Of a stretch of DNA of 33,914 bases, positions 7,243 to 17,972 are shown one piece after another. The notes beneath the pieces were generated by a model. That model made no database searches and had not been told where the DNA came from. It was given only the letters and a program-made list of their open reading frames with translations. A program made the position numbers and the translations under genes. Numbering within the stretch: position 1 is the first letter of the stretch; the number at the start of each line of letters is the position of its first letter. Source of the stretch: an uncultured Candidatus Peribacteria bacterium (GTDB taxonomy: Bacteria; Patescibacteriota; Gracilibacteria; BD1-5; UBA2023). The stretch lies in the NCBI GenBank assembly GCA_964598195.1, contig CAZRBF010000003.1:2251-36164 (forward strand), written 5' to 3'.

Positions 7243-8073
7243 TTACTGGCATAATTTTCCCCTATCCAGCTCCTCAAATGCTTTATTCAACTCCTCCTGC
7301 GTATTCATCACAATCGGTCCACCCCAGGCGATGGGTTCGTGGAGGGGTCGAGCCATGAAGAGGAGAAAACGAATCCCCTCCTTTCATGACTGAACATGAA
7401 TAGTATCACCTGACTCAAAAAGGACAGCGTGTTTATGATCGATATCACCCTCGCCAAAATCCCCAGCTCCAGAGACGATGTAGACAAATACCGTAGCTTC
7501 TGGATCGGTCAAGAAAGTCCAAGATTGTCAGGCGAATACTTCGATCTCAAGCGAGGTCATCTGAATATGATTTCCGCTTGTTGCTCCATGAATTCCATCG
7601 TATGACCCAGAGATAATCCGCGTACGTGAGGCACTCGTTTCGACAACAGGAATAGTATCATGACGGATATCACGATAGGTGGGCACTGTCATTTTATCAC
7701 TCGCCGGAAGGTTCAGCCAGAGCTGAACTCCGAGCATATGAGGGCTCGTATGAGGCATTTCCTGGTGGATAATCCCTGATCCGGCAGTCATCCATTGACA
7801 GTCTCCTGATGAGATAATTCCCGAGTTTCAGAGGCTATCGCGATGCTCGATTTCTCACTTTATGAGGTACGTGATAGTCTCGATTCCGCGGTGCGGATGA
7901 AAAGGAAACCCCTGAATATAATCGTCAGGATTAGTTGAGTCAAAAGCATCAAGCATGAGAAATGGATCAAAATAAGCAGTATCATGAAATCCGACGACTC
8001 GTGTTAGTCGTACTCCAGCACCATCGGTGGCAGATTTTCCTCTGATTATTTTCTTGATAGAACGTATGGTCAT
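7243..8073 (-). CDS. Pirin-family protein
   Basis: Track ORFs 7855..8073 and 7528..7791 plus the C-terminal piece are in one frame, joined by four in-frame TGA (276 aa). Motifs: [68 protein letters not shown]. TAA stop at 7243-7245. Confidence 0.85.
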
Positions 8074-8205
8074 ATATAGAAAGGATTATAGAACAAAGAT
8101 CTGTTTATTATCCTAAAACCCGCAAAAAAATCAAATAAAAAAAATTGACAAAGACGTATTTCCGAATAAAACAATAGGGCATTTCAAATTAATAAGGAGA
8201 TAAAA

Positions 8206-8589
8206 ATGCGAGACAATGGAACATATCTGATAAAATCAGATGGGCAAGTTATTTTCGGGACAAAACAAAGACCGACTGATGGTAAATTACTGGTAATTAT
8301 CCCACAATTTGACATAAGTGAGCATGATGAAAGTTTGCGTGAGAAGTACTTGAAAGGTATAAATCAAACTGCAAGACTTCGTCATAAAAACGGACATGAG
8401 GAGGGTATGGAGAAAGCTCTTGGTGCTAATGCTAACTCCAGGGTTATGCTAATAGGGGATGACACTATCATTCCCCTAGACCAAGAAATAGCAACAAAAC
8501 TCTTGAAACAGGGTTTGCCATTGCTTCCATTAGCAAGATCTGTCGCTATTTCGGGGGCTGTCACTGTTTCAGAATCTGTCACTGTTTAA
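8206..8589 (+). CDS. Hypothetical protein (127 aa)
   Basis: Intact ORF with no TGA. It has a strong SD (AAGGAG, 7 nt before the ATG), a TTGACA box at 8145-8150, a TAA stop and a downstream hairpin terminator. I recognised no motif. Confidence 0.55.
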   Translation: MRDNGTYLIKSDGQVIFGTKQRPTDGKLLVIIPQFDISEHDESLREKYLKGINQTARLRHKNGHEEGMEKALGANANSRVMLIGDDTIIPLDQEIATKLLKQGLPLLPLARSVAISGAVTVSESVTV

Positions 8590-8609
8590 AAAAGGGGTGG
8601 GGACATATG

Positions 8610-8636
8610 AAAACGGCTTATTTATAGGCCGTTTTT
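8610..8636 (+). terminator. Intrinsic terminator
   Basis: AAAACGGC...GCCGTTTTT hairpin with a T-run, 21 nt after the stop of the 8206 ORF. Confidence 0.5.
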
Positions 8637-8650
8637 ACTTTCTTAAAATA

Positions 8651-8683
8651 TTTACATACGCCGAGTATCATTATAATGATACT
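8651..8683 (+). promoter_or_regulatory. Distal promoter-like boxes overlapped by a perfect 20-bp palindrome upstream of recA
   Basis: TTTACA (8651-8656), 15-nt spacer, TATAAT (8672-8677). AGTATCATTATAATGATACT (8664-8683) equals its own reverse complement and contains the -10 box. Confidence 0.35.
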
Positions 8684-8726
8684 ATTTTACAAAAATAACA
8701 AATTCTGTAAAAGTATGAAAAAAGAT

Positions 8727-8754
8727 TTGCAATTAAAATAAAATTCCATATACT
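8727..8754 (+). promoter_or_regulatory. Proximal recA promoter
   Basis: TTGCAA (8727-8732), 16-nt spacer, TATACT (8749-8754), 34 nt before the ATG. Boxes and spacer length are the same as at tRNA-Arg. Confidence 0.4.
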
Positions 8755-8787
8755 TATCCTTGTAATATTTCTTCACAACAATATTTT

Positions 8788-9771
8788 ATGGTAGATAATA
8801 AAAAGGAAGCGTTGAATGCAGCACTGGCGATGATCGAGAAACAATTTGGAGCCGGTTCTGTTATGAAACTTGGTGATCAACAGGCGATCAAGGTTGAGAT
8901 GATTGGATCTGGATCCATAGCTCTCGATGCAGCACTAGGTGGTGGGTATCCAAAGGGGCGAATTGTCGAGATTTATGGACCAGAATCATCTGGAAAGACC
9001 ACTCTCACACTTCACGCTATCGCTGAGGTTCAAAAAATCGGAGGAACGGCTGCTTTTATCGATGCAGAACACGCTCTCGATCCTGAGTATGCAAAAAAGA
9101 TCTGAGTAAATGTTGATGAACTTATCATATCTCAGCCCGATTATGGAGAACAAGCACTCGAGATCGTTGATGCCCTTGTTCGATCAAATGCTGTTGATCT
9201 CATAGTTGTTGATTCTGTTGCGGCGCTTGTCCCAAAGGCAGAAATCGAGGGAAATATGGGGGACTCTTTCATGGGACTTCAGGCACGCCTCATGAGCCAA
9301 GCTCTTCGCAAGATTACCGGAGCTATCTCTAAATCTAATTGTACCGTTATTTTCATCAACCAGATTCGTATGAAGATCTGAGTAATGTTCGGAAGTCCCG
9401 AGACCACAACAGGAGGAAATGCTCTCAAATTCTATGCTTCGCAACGTCTTGATATTCGCCGAAAAGAAAAACTCGAGAGTGGGGCCTGAGATGATAAAGA
9501 AACTACCGGGAATAAAGTGAAAGTAAAAGTAGTAAAAAATAAAATTGCACCACCCTTCAAAGAAGTCGAAATTGATGTTCTTTTCAACGAAGGAATATCC
9601 CTTGAAGGAGAGATTGTCGATATAGGAACCGAGAAAGAGATTATCAAAAAATCTGGTGCCTTCTATTCATACGGAGATATCAAACTTGGTCAAGGTCGCG
9701 AGAATGCACGACAATTTTTGAAAGAAAATACCGCAATCGCCGACGAAATCGAAAAGAAAATTCGAGCATAA
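8788..9771 (+). CDS. recA: Recombinase RecA
   Basis: Track ORFs 8788..9105 and 9517..9771 are in one frame, continuous through TGA at 9103, 9379 and 9487 (327 aa). Motifs: [81 protein letters not shown] stop. Confidence 0.95.
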
Positions 9772-9828
9772 TTTGCTTTTTAAAGTGTTCGTGGTATAAT
9801 CAGGGTCGTATTTCAAATTTCCTTTATT

Positions 9829-10107
9829 ATGTCCGAAGACAAATCACCCTTATCTACAAATCAACCAACTCCTGATGAGGTAGTTATGCCTCCTGAAATT
9901 GCTGCTATTTTAGAGAATACTAACCTATGAGCAATTGATGCTGTCGAGTTTAAATCAAGAGAAACAAATCTTGTTCGTTATTTTAGTCGAGAATTATTAG
10001 GAATTATGGGAAAGGTAGATCCCGAAAAACTTTCAGGAACTGTTATCTCCTTGCAGGAAATTCGAAAACAAGAAGCAGCTAAAGAATCTTTTAAAAAAGC
10101 TGCCTAA
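9829..10107 (+). CDS. Hypothetical small protein (92 aa)
   Basis: ATG at 9829, one in-frame TGA, TAA at 10105-10107. It fills the recA to oxidoreductase gap on the same strand. No recognisable motif. Confidence 0.4.
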
Positions 10108-10127
10108 ATTACACTATCCATACAATA

Positions 10128-10802
10128 ATGCAACAACTTCCATTTACACTCATGCAAAAAAATAAGCTCACACACGACGTGTATGAGCTTATTTTTACTA
10201 CAGCAGAAAAAGTTCAGGTAGAACCAGGACAATATACCCTCTTCATTCTTCCAAAATCAAAACTCCGCCGAGCGTACTCTATCGGATATACCGATGGTCA
10301 GACTTTTACTTTTATCATTAAACAGCTCGACGGTGGAGCTGGAAGCACCGAGATCTGTTTTCTTGAAATAGGAGAAAACATTATGGGAATGGTGCCACTT
10401 GGCCACTTTGTCCTCAAATCCAATGCGACTCCGAAGCTCTTTATTGGAACAGGGACAGGGTTTGCACCACTCTATTTTCAGATTCGAGCCATGATGGATT
10501 CAGGGATAAAAACCTCACTCAAATATATTTTCGGAATACGAACACGGGCTGATATTTTCTATATCGATGAACTCAATCGTATGAAGAAAGAGTATCCTCT
10601 GTTTGATTACCAGATATTTTTGAGTCAGGAAGACAGTGAAAACACCACCCGAGGACGTGTCACAGATTTTCTCACAAAGGAAAACATAGAGAGCTACGGT
10701 GAATTCTATCTCTGTGGAAGTCCGGCAATGGTAAAAGAGGCCCGAGAGAAGCTCGAAAATATTGGAATCGAAAAAGAGAAGGTGTTTTTTGAACAGTATT
10801 AA
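10128..10802 (+). CDS. FAD/NAD(P)-binding oxidoreductase (ferredoxin-NADP reductase-like fold)
   Basis: Intact 224-aa ORF without TGA. RAYSIG (the RxYS FAD motif), GGAGST, and FIGTGTGFAPLY (NAD(P) binding GTGxAP). C-terminal YLCGSPAMV. Confidence 0.8.
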   Translation: MQQLPFTLMQKNKLTHDVYELIFTTAEKVQVEPGQYTLFILPKSKLRRAYSIGYTDGQTFTFIIKQLDGGAGSTEICFLEIGENIMGMVPLGHFVLKSNATPKLFIGTGTGFAPLYFQIRAMMDSGIKTSLKYIFGIRTRADIFYIDELNRMKKEYPLFDYQIFLSQEDSENTTRGRVTDFLTKENIESYGEFYLCGSPAMVKEAREKLENIGIEKEKVFFEQY

Positions 10803-10803
10803 G

Positions 10804-10841
10804 AAAAATCTCTCACCGGAGTACTCCGGTGAGAGATTTTT
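10804..10841. terminator. Bidirectional intrinsic terminator between convergent genes
   Basis: AAAAATCTCTCACCGGAG-TA-CTCCGGTGAGAGATTTTT, a perfect long stem flanked by A- and T-runs. Confidence 0.65.
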
Positions 10842-10851
10842 GAATATAGAT

Positions 10852-12114
10852 TTATAGCACTGTTTTTCCTCCCATGTAATTCTGCAATACTTTCGGAATT
10901 CTCACGGTCATATCCTCATTTTGATAATTTTCTATAACAGCAATAAGACATCGAGAGAAGGCAATGACAGTACCGTTGAGGGTGTGAACATAGTCACTCA
11001 CTCCTTCGGAATTTCTGTATTTAATAGCAAGTCTGCGCGATTGGAATGATCCAACATTGGAACAACTGGTCACTTCACGGTATTTCTCCTGTCCAGGCAT
11101 CCAGGCTTCAAGATCATGTTTTTTCATAGCTGGATTTCCGAGATCTCCAGAACAGACGTTGAGTTTCTGATAGGGAATTCCAAGAGATTGCCAAATCTCT
11201 TCTTCGAGTGCGACCATTTCGTCATGAAGTTTCTCAGATTCCTCTGGTTTACAGAAACATACCATCTCAATTTTGTCGAATTGATGTCCTCGAAGAATCC
11301 CTTTCATATCCTTTCCATAAGTTCCCGCTTCTCGTCTAAAACACGAAGAGTACCCTACGTATTTAATCGGAGTAGTAACATCAATGGTTTCTTCCATATG
11401 GTAGCTCGTCAAAGGAACCTCAGAGGTTCCGATCAAAAAGAGATCATCTTCTCCTGGATTAACACTATAGATCTGCCCTTTATCTGCTGGGAAGAACCCA
11501 GTTCCAAACATCGCTTTTTCGCGTACAAGATATGGTGGAATTACTGGCACAAAACCTTTTTCTCCCATTTTTGCCATCACATAATTCATAATAGCAAATT
11601 GAAGAAGGACCAGATCTCCTTTCAAATACCAGAATCTCGCTCCGGAAACCTCTGCACCTTTTTCTATATCAATCCAATCGCGTGCCTCTCCTATCTCAAA
11701 ATGTGTCTTTGGTATAAAAGAAAATTTAGTTGGTTCGCTAAATTTTGATACAACTACATTCTCTTCATCAGTTTTCCCAATAGCTGCGGTTGGGGAGAGA
11801 AAATTTGGAACACTATAAAGCAGCCCATAATACTCTTCATCACTTTCTAAGAGTTCTTTTTCAATACACGAAATATCATCACCGAGAACTCGCATCGAGG
11901 TTACTTTTTCTTGTTTTTCTATAGAATCCTTAATGGTTGGGATTTCTTTGGAGGTTTTATTACGAATAGCCTGAAGATCATTGAGCTTCTTTTGGAGAGT
12001 AAGTCGTACACCATCCAATGTCAAGAGATGCTCAAGATCGAGTTTAAGATTTCGTTTTTCTATAGAATCACGAACCAATTCTGGATTACTTCGGAGGATT
12101 TTAATATCGATCAT
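10852..12114 (-). CDS. serS: Seryl-tRNA synthetase
   Basis: Intact 420-aa ORF without TGA. N-terminal coiled-coil (MIDIKILRSNPELVRDSIEKR), class II motifs GARFWYLKG, FRREAG, TLNGT. TAA stop. Confidence 0.95.
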   Translation of the reverse strand: MIDIKILRSNPELVRDSIEKRNLKLDLEHLLTLDGVRLTLQKKLNDLQAIRNKTSKEIPTIKDSIEKQEKVTSMRVLGDDISCIEKELLESDEEYYGLLYSVPNFLSPTAAIGKTDEENVVVSKFSEPTKFSFIPKTHFEIGEARDWIDIEKGAEVSGARFWYLKGDLVLLQFAIMNYVMAKMGEKGFVPVIPPYLVREKAMFGTGFFPADKGQIYSVNPGEDDLFLIGTSEVPLTSYHMEETIDVTTPIKYVGYSSCFRREAGTYGKDMKGILRGHQFDKIEMVCFCKPEESEKLHDEMVALEEEIWQSLGIPYQKLNVCSGDLGNPAMKKHDLEAWMPGQEKYREVTSCSNVGSFQSRRLAIKYRNSEGVSDYVHTLNGTVIAFSRCLIAVIENYQNEDMTVRIPKVLQNYMGGKTVL

Positions 12115-12175
12115 AAAAAAGAGTGAAATAGGATAATATGGCGCTTATTATAGAGAAAAACCTAAGAATGCAAGG

Positions 12176-12751
12176 TTATTTGGAGAAAATAATCGAAGCG
12201 AGTTCTTCGAGAGTTTGCTCAAGAGTAGTATTGATAATCTTATGATCATAATAATTTTGCTTCTCTATCTCGTCTTGGGCATTAGTGAGACGGAGTTCTA
12301 AGTGACTTGATTGCTCTGTCCCTCGTCCTGAGAGTCGCGTTCGAAGTTCATCAATAGAGGGGGGAAGAAGAAAAAAGGTCTGAACTGAATAAGATCTTTT
12401 TTGTAAAATATGCTTTAGATGAATCATTCCCTGAGGATCGACGATATAGAGAGGATACTTCCCAAGGTCTACGATTCTTTGTAATTCAGCAAGAGTTGAT
12501 CCATAATAGTTTTCGTGCACAAGAGCAAATTCTATCATATCACCGGAATCCATACGCGATTCAAATTCTTCGCGCGAAAGAAAATAATAATGCTGTCCTT
12601 CAATCTCTCCCTCGCGCATTGGCCGAGTCGTCGTGGTAATAATCTTCTCGAGTCGATCAGCATATTGTACGTGGAGCGCTTCCCAAACAGTTGTTTTTCC
12701 AACTCCCGAGGGTCATGAAAGAATAAGTACATGGGAAGATGGTGAATTCAT
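12176..12751 (-). CDS. gmk: Guanylate kinase
   Basis: Track ORF 12176..12619 extends upstream through TGA at 12713-12715 to ATG at 12749-12751 (191 aa). This restores the P-loop: MNSPSSHVLILS-G-PSGVGKTTVWEAL...TTTTRPMREGEIEGQHYYF. Confidence 0.9.
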
Positions 12752-12947
12752 AGATGGAATAAAAAGATATATTCGAGGATTATAAAGAAAATATACAAAA
12801 AGGGAAATCTGAATAAATAAATCCCAGGAAAAAGAAGCAAATTTCAGGACTTTCAAAAAAAACCGAGAAAAAACACACTTATTTTTGCTTATATGAGAGA
12901 TATGTGATATCCTCAATGGAGTTCCTATTAATATTTTCATCTCATCT

Positions 12948-14135
12948 ATGAATTTTCTTCTCCGTAATCTTTTTTTTATCTTTGTACTGGCTTTCTTAAT
13001 CGTAGACAGTCTTTTCCTCTTTAGTGGTACTTCAACCATGCCAGAAGAGCTCAATATAATCATTCGCTCATATATTATATATATTCCGATTGTTGCGATT
13101 TTGCAGGTCTTAGTACTTTCGGGTCTCGCCTACCTTACCTCCATTAAGCCTATTCGTAGTCTGAAGAAAGAAATAGCTTTTTTTCTCACGGGGTCTAAAC
13201 AGTGAACCCCTCTTGCAGTTGGAAATATGAATCCTGATGTACGATTCGTTATCAACTTTTTTAACAAGAGTCTCGAGATTCTTAAAAACTTTAAAGAAGA
13301 GTTTAAGGCAGGTCGTATTCTCAAATCTGAAGTAGAATTTGCCTCAGAAATCCAGCGCCATGTTTTGAAAAAACCAACGGTTGTTGTGCCATCGATCGAC
13401 ATCGTTGCCGATTCAAAATCTGCCACTGAAGTAGGAGGTGATAGCTATGATATCATTCGACAAAATGACAATTATTATATCTATATCGGGGATGTAACCG
13501 GACATGGGGTGGCATCTGGATTCGTCATGATGATAGTTAATGCGCTTATCTCTGGATTCTCCAAAATCCTCGAAAGCTCTGCAGAAATCCTTGCACGAAC
13601 GAATGAGATCGTAAAGCCTCGTGTAAAGTCTAATATGCTCATGTCCCTGCTTATGGTTCGCTGGAATGAGCAAGAAAAAAAGATGTATATGACTGGAGCT
13701 GGGCATGAATACCTTATTGTCTACAAGGCATCACAAAAAAAGGCATTTAAGCTCAAATCTGGATGAGTGGCCCTTGGTATGACCAAAGATATCTCCAAGA
13801 TCCTCAAAGAAACACAGATTTCTGTTGAGAAAGATGATATGATCGTTCTCTATACCGATGGTATTACTGAAGCTCGCAATGGGAAAAATGAGAGTGACAT
13901 GATGCTTGGGATCGATCGACTGGTAGATATCATTGAGAAGACTCCAACAAAAACTGCACAATGAGTATTCAATAACATCACTATAGAACTCTCTCGATTT
14001 ATGGGGTATGGCCATAAACAGTTTGATGACATCACACTCATTGCTATGCATTATAAAGGCGATAAAAAAATTGATAACGATGTTGCCGCACTTATTCCAG
14101 CACAATTTATAACAGAATGGAACTGGAGAGACTAA
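12948..14135 (+). CDS. Membrane-anchored SpoIIE/PP2C-family serine phosphatase (RsbU-like) with HAMP-like linker
   Basis: Track ORFs 12948.., 13227.. and 13767.. are in one frame, joined by TGA at 13203, 13764 and 13962 (395 aa). Two N-terminal TM helices. EVEFASEIQRHVL, GGDSYD, IGDVTGHGVASG, YTDGITEA, DDITLIAM. TAA at 14133-14135. Confidence 0.8.
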
Positions 14136-14184
14136 TACTCTTGTAAAAAATCTTTTTTCTATATAATATCAACATTCGGAATTT

Positions 14185-14215
14185 GATTCCGGTTCTCTAA
14201 AAAGGTACCGGAATC
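14185..14215. promoter_or_regulatory. 9-bp inverted repeat upstream of the VirB4-like gene
   Basis: GATTCCGGT (14185-14193), 13 nt, ACCGGAATC (14207-14215). A third half-site-like TTCGGAAT lies at 14175-14182. No T-run follows, so a terminator role is not favoured. Confidence 0.3.
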
Positions 14216-14252
14216 TAACAATTAAAACCTATCTTTAGAAAATACTTTTTTT

Positions 14253-16226
14253 ATGGCCAATCAAGCACTTCTCGAACTTATCGCAAAAAACTACACGGGC
14301 GATGCAGGGTGATACGAACAAGATCTTTTAAAACAAAAAGATGTGTCCATTGTTGAGGTGGCCCCTCCAGGAAATACTATTTCCAATATTTCAGAGGAAA
14401 TAACGCCTCATCCGATAGAACCAATCTCAACCCAAGAAGCATCCACCGATGATACTACATCCAAGAAGCTCACCAAACAAGAAGCAGACGAGATCCGTCA
14501 GGGTGAGAAAGAATATCGCGAAGCGCTCGCTTTTGTAAAAGACGCGATTGCTCCTTCTATGATGAAGATCGATGCCTCCAAGCTTCAGATCGGAGACACA
14601 TATATTCGCACATTTTTTACGTACGCTTACCCCGACTTTCTCGAAGGAAACTGGCTTGGACCACTGATTAACTGGGATGTAAAGTTCGACATGTCCATGT
14701 TTATCTATCCGGTTGAGTCGGCATATATTATGAAGTACCTTCGAAAGCGTCTCACAGAGCTCAATTCTGAGAGAAGTCTCAACGCTGATCGTGGACTTAT
14801 AAACGATCCCGCGCTCGATGCTCAGGTACAAGACGTTGAGGAACTTCGCGCGAGTCTTACTCGAGGTCAGGAACGGTATTTTCATTTCTCTATATACATC
14901 AGCATCTACGGGGAATCAGAAGAACAGATCAAGAAGCTCTCGAATACGCTCGACACCCTTCTCTCTGGACGCAATATCCTGACAAAACAGGCATTTCTCC
15001 GATCAGAACAAGGGTTTGTTGCGACAGGCCCATTTGCTCGAGATGAAGTCGGAGTATATAGAAATATCTCGACAAAGGGACTTTCGACCACTTTCCCATT
15101 CACATCCAACTCACTTTCGCAAGATGATGGGATTCTCTATGGAATCAATACTCACAATAACTCCCTCATAATATTTGACCGATTTCGCACAGAAAATGCC
15201 AATATGGTCGTATTTGCGAAGTCCGGATGAGGAAAGTCTTTTGCGGTCAAGCTCGAAATACTCCGATCACTCATGCTCGGGACCGATGTTATAGTCCTCG
15301 ATCCAGAAAATGAATACAAAACTCTCGTCGATACTGTTGGTGGAACGTACGTCAATATCAACCTCAATTCCAATGAACGGATCAATCCATTTGATCTGCC
15401 AAGAGCTCTCAAGGATACAGAAAGTAAACCTGGAGATCTTTTGCGTGGTGCGGTTATCAATCTTCTCGGTCTCATGAATCTCATGCTCGGTAAGTGTACG
15501 CCATCCGAAGCGTCTATTCTAGAAAAAGCCATTATCACCACCTATTCCCTCAAGGGGATCACCATGAGTGATGATGATATTTCTGGAAAAGAAGTTCCGA
15601 TCATGAAGGACCTCTACTCGGTACTCGAAACCATGGACGGAGCAAAAGGGGTTTGTGAACGACTCGAAAAGTATGTCACTGGTATATTTGCCGGAGTATT
15701 CTCAGAACCAACCAATATTAATCTCACTGACGGACTCGTCGTGTTCTCGGTTCGTGATCTCGATGATATTCTTCGTCCGATCGCCATGTATATGCTCCTA
15801 GGGTATGTATGGAATGTCACTCGAAGCTCTCTTAGAAAACGTGTTCTCGTCGTGGATGAAGCATGGAATATTATGCAACACGAAGACAGTGCCAAGTTCC
15901 TCTTTGGTCTCGTAAAACGCGCTCGTAAATACGGCCTCGGAGTCACCACTATTACTCAGGATGTTGAGGACTTCATGGGAAGTTCCGAAGGAAAGGCTAT
16001 CGTTACCAACTCCTCGATTCAGCTTCTCTTGAAGCAATCACCCGCATCCATCGATGTGCTCCAAAATGTTTTCAAACTGACAGAGCAGGAAAAATATATC
16101 CTCCTCAATTCTGCTGTTGGACAAGGCCTCTTCTTTGCTGGAACTGAACACGTCGGAATCCAGGTTCTCGCATCATACTTTGAAGAGCAGGTTATCACCA
16201 CAAATCCAAATACTCCTAAAACATAA
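14253..16226 (+). CDS. VirB4/TraC-like type IV secretion-family ATPase (DUF87/AAA-like)
   Basis: ATG at 14253. Track ORFs 14343..15230 and 15273..16226 are in one frame, joined by TGA at 14310 and 15228 (657 aa). The second TGA lies inside Walker A: VVFAKSG-G-GKSFAVK. Walker B region VLVVDEAWNIM. TTITQDVEDF. TAA stop. Confidence 0.8.
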
Positions 16227-16231
16227 AAATC

Positions 16232-16438
16232 ATGAAAACATTCACACTCACAACCGAATACATCGAAATGAACAAGCTCATGAAGCTCTTACAGCTCACA
16301 GAAACTGGTGGGCAAGCAAAAATTGCTATCTCACAAGGACTCGTAACAGTCAATGACGAGATAGAACTTCGCCTCCGACGAAAGCTCAGAAAATGAGACA
16401 AAGTCGATTTTGATGGAGTGAAAGTGGAAATTATGTAA
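16232..16438 (+). CDS. S4-domain RNA-binding protein (YaaA-like)
   Basis: 68 aa: MKTFTLTTEYIEMNKLMKLLQLTETGGQAKIAISQGLVTVNDEIELRLRRKLRK-G-DKVDFDGVKVEIM. The one in-frame TGA is at the conserved RxGD glycine. TAA stop. It starts 6 nt after the VirB4-like stop. Confidence 0.65.
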
Positions 16439-16463
16439 CATATTTATTATTTATTTTTCTCAT

Positions 16464-17846
16464 ATGAAAAAATCATACCTTGGAATATTTGGACTCATCC
16501 TTACTATCGGACTTAGTGCCTGCAGCAACCCATTTTCTAAGCCTCTCACATTTGAGCAGGCATATGAAGCCCTTATGGTGAATAATAGTTCATCATCTCT
16601 GTTTAAGAGTTTTCAGGACATGAAAACAACAGAGCAAACAACAAAAATGAATGCCTCATTTACAAGCGGGATCGGAAGTGGGAGTGTAGTACTTGATTTC
16701 TCTGGAAAAGGAACCGTATGATCAGGACTTCTGGACTCCGTCTCAGACGGAACGGTAGGTTTTTCTGCAGATGTCAATGCGCCCATTATGGGAGGAACCC
16801 CAGAGAATGTCAAAGCCGGAGGAAAGATCGATTTCAAGATGGTCAATGGGAAAATCTATGTACGTGTAGCCGATATAAAGGCATCATCACCCAACACGAC
16901 ACTGAGTGACCAGATTGGTGCAGGAGTTGGCATGGTCAATGGGACACTCTGAGGAAAGTGGATTGTTATAGATATCGCTAAATACGAGTCTATGATGGGA
17001 AGCGGTGCCATGAATTCTCTCACGATCAGTGAATATTATCAGCTGCAAAAAACAGGAGCAGCTCTCATAAAGAAGTATCCTATCCTCAAAAATAATGGAG
17101 AAACCGCTGAGGGTGACAAGAAAGGATATGCCGTGAGCCTCAATAATGAAAACATTCTCAGTATATATTCTGAACTGACAAAAGATCCAGTGATTTTGAA
17201 GCTTTTACAGTCACCAAAAGAGGAAGATCTGAAGGAGATCAGATCAGGACTCGAAGAGACCCTCAAAACTCTACAACTCTCAGGAAAACTCTTCTCTGAA
17301 GGAAGTGATAGTATAATTCTCACAGTAGATTCACTCAAGTTTTCGCCTGAAGCAAATATGACTGGGACCATTGTCAAAAAGAATGGGATAAGCACTGCGA
17401 AACTTACTATCTCCAATACGACTCCTAACTGGAGTGGAAGTGGTATAGATACAGGAAAATTCATCATCGATATAACTGGGAATGCCCTCTCTATGACGGG
17501 AAAACTCGATGTTGTAGAAAATGAAAAAACACTCTTCACCGTACATGGAGGCCTTCGATCAAAACTTGATAAAAATACCATCAATCTTACCGGTGATATC
17601 CGTGTAACTGGGGACGTTCCAGGATCTGAGGGAATCTCCTCAAAAGGCGAATTTCAACTTCAGTTTGAGCAATCAATCAAAGCTATTCCCAGCTTCAATA
17701 TCGAAATCCCAGAATGAGCTCGCTCTATCGAAGAAATCATGAAGAGCTTTGATCTCGGAAATCCATCATGAAAACGAGCTCCCACCATAGAAGGAGAAGA
17801 AGAAGCTGAAGGTGTAGACTACACCCTTCCAGAAGGAGCGAAATAG
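16464..17846 (+). CDS. Lipoprotein, function unknown (460 aa)
   Basis: Lipobox LTIGLSAC. Track ORFs 16464.. and 16992.. are in one frame, joined by four in-frame TGA. TAG stop at 17844-17846. Acidic C-terminal tail. No recognised domain. Confidence 0.6.
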
Positions 17847-17865
17847 AGAAACTTTGTCACAAAAG

Positions 17866-17897
17866 AAAACCCGACTATACGTCGGGTTTTTGTTTTT
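17866..17897 (+). terminator. Intrinsic terminator
   Basis: AAAACCCGAC-TATAC-GTCGGGTTTTTGTTTTT. Confidence 0.65.
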
Positions 17898-17972
17898 CCC
17901 CTCTTTCTTTTGACTTTTTCCCCTTTTTTTGTAGCATACAAGGCATATACATACTAATTTTCACTATATATT

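Noticed and set aside
11116-11748. 210-aa plus-strand ORF
   Set aside because: It is antisense to serS, which is intact with class II synthetase motifs. It is a shadow ORF.
17039-17584. 181-aa minus-strand ORF
   Set aside because: It is antisense to the 16464..17846 lipoprotein gene. That gene has a lipobox start, consistent same-strand operon context and a downstream terminator.
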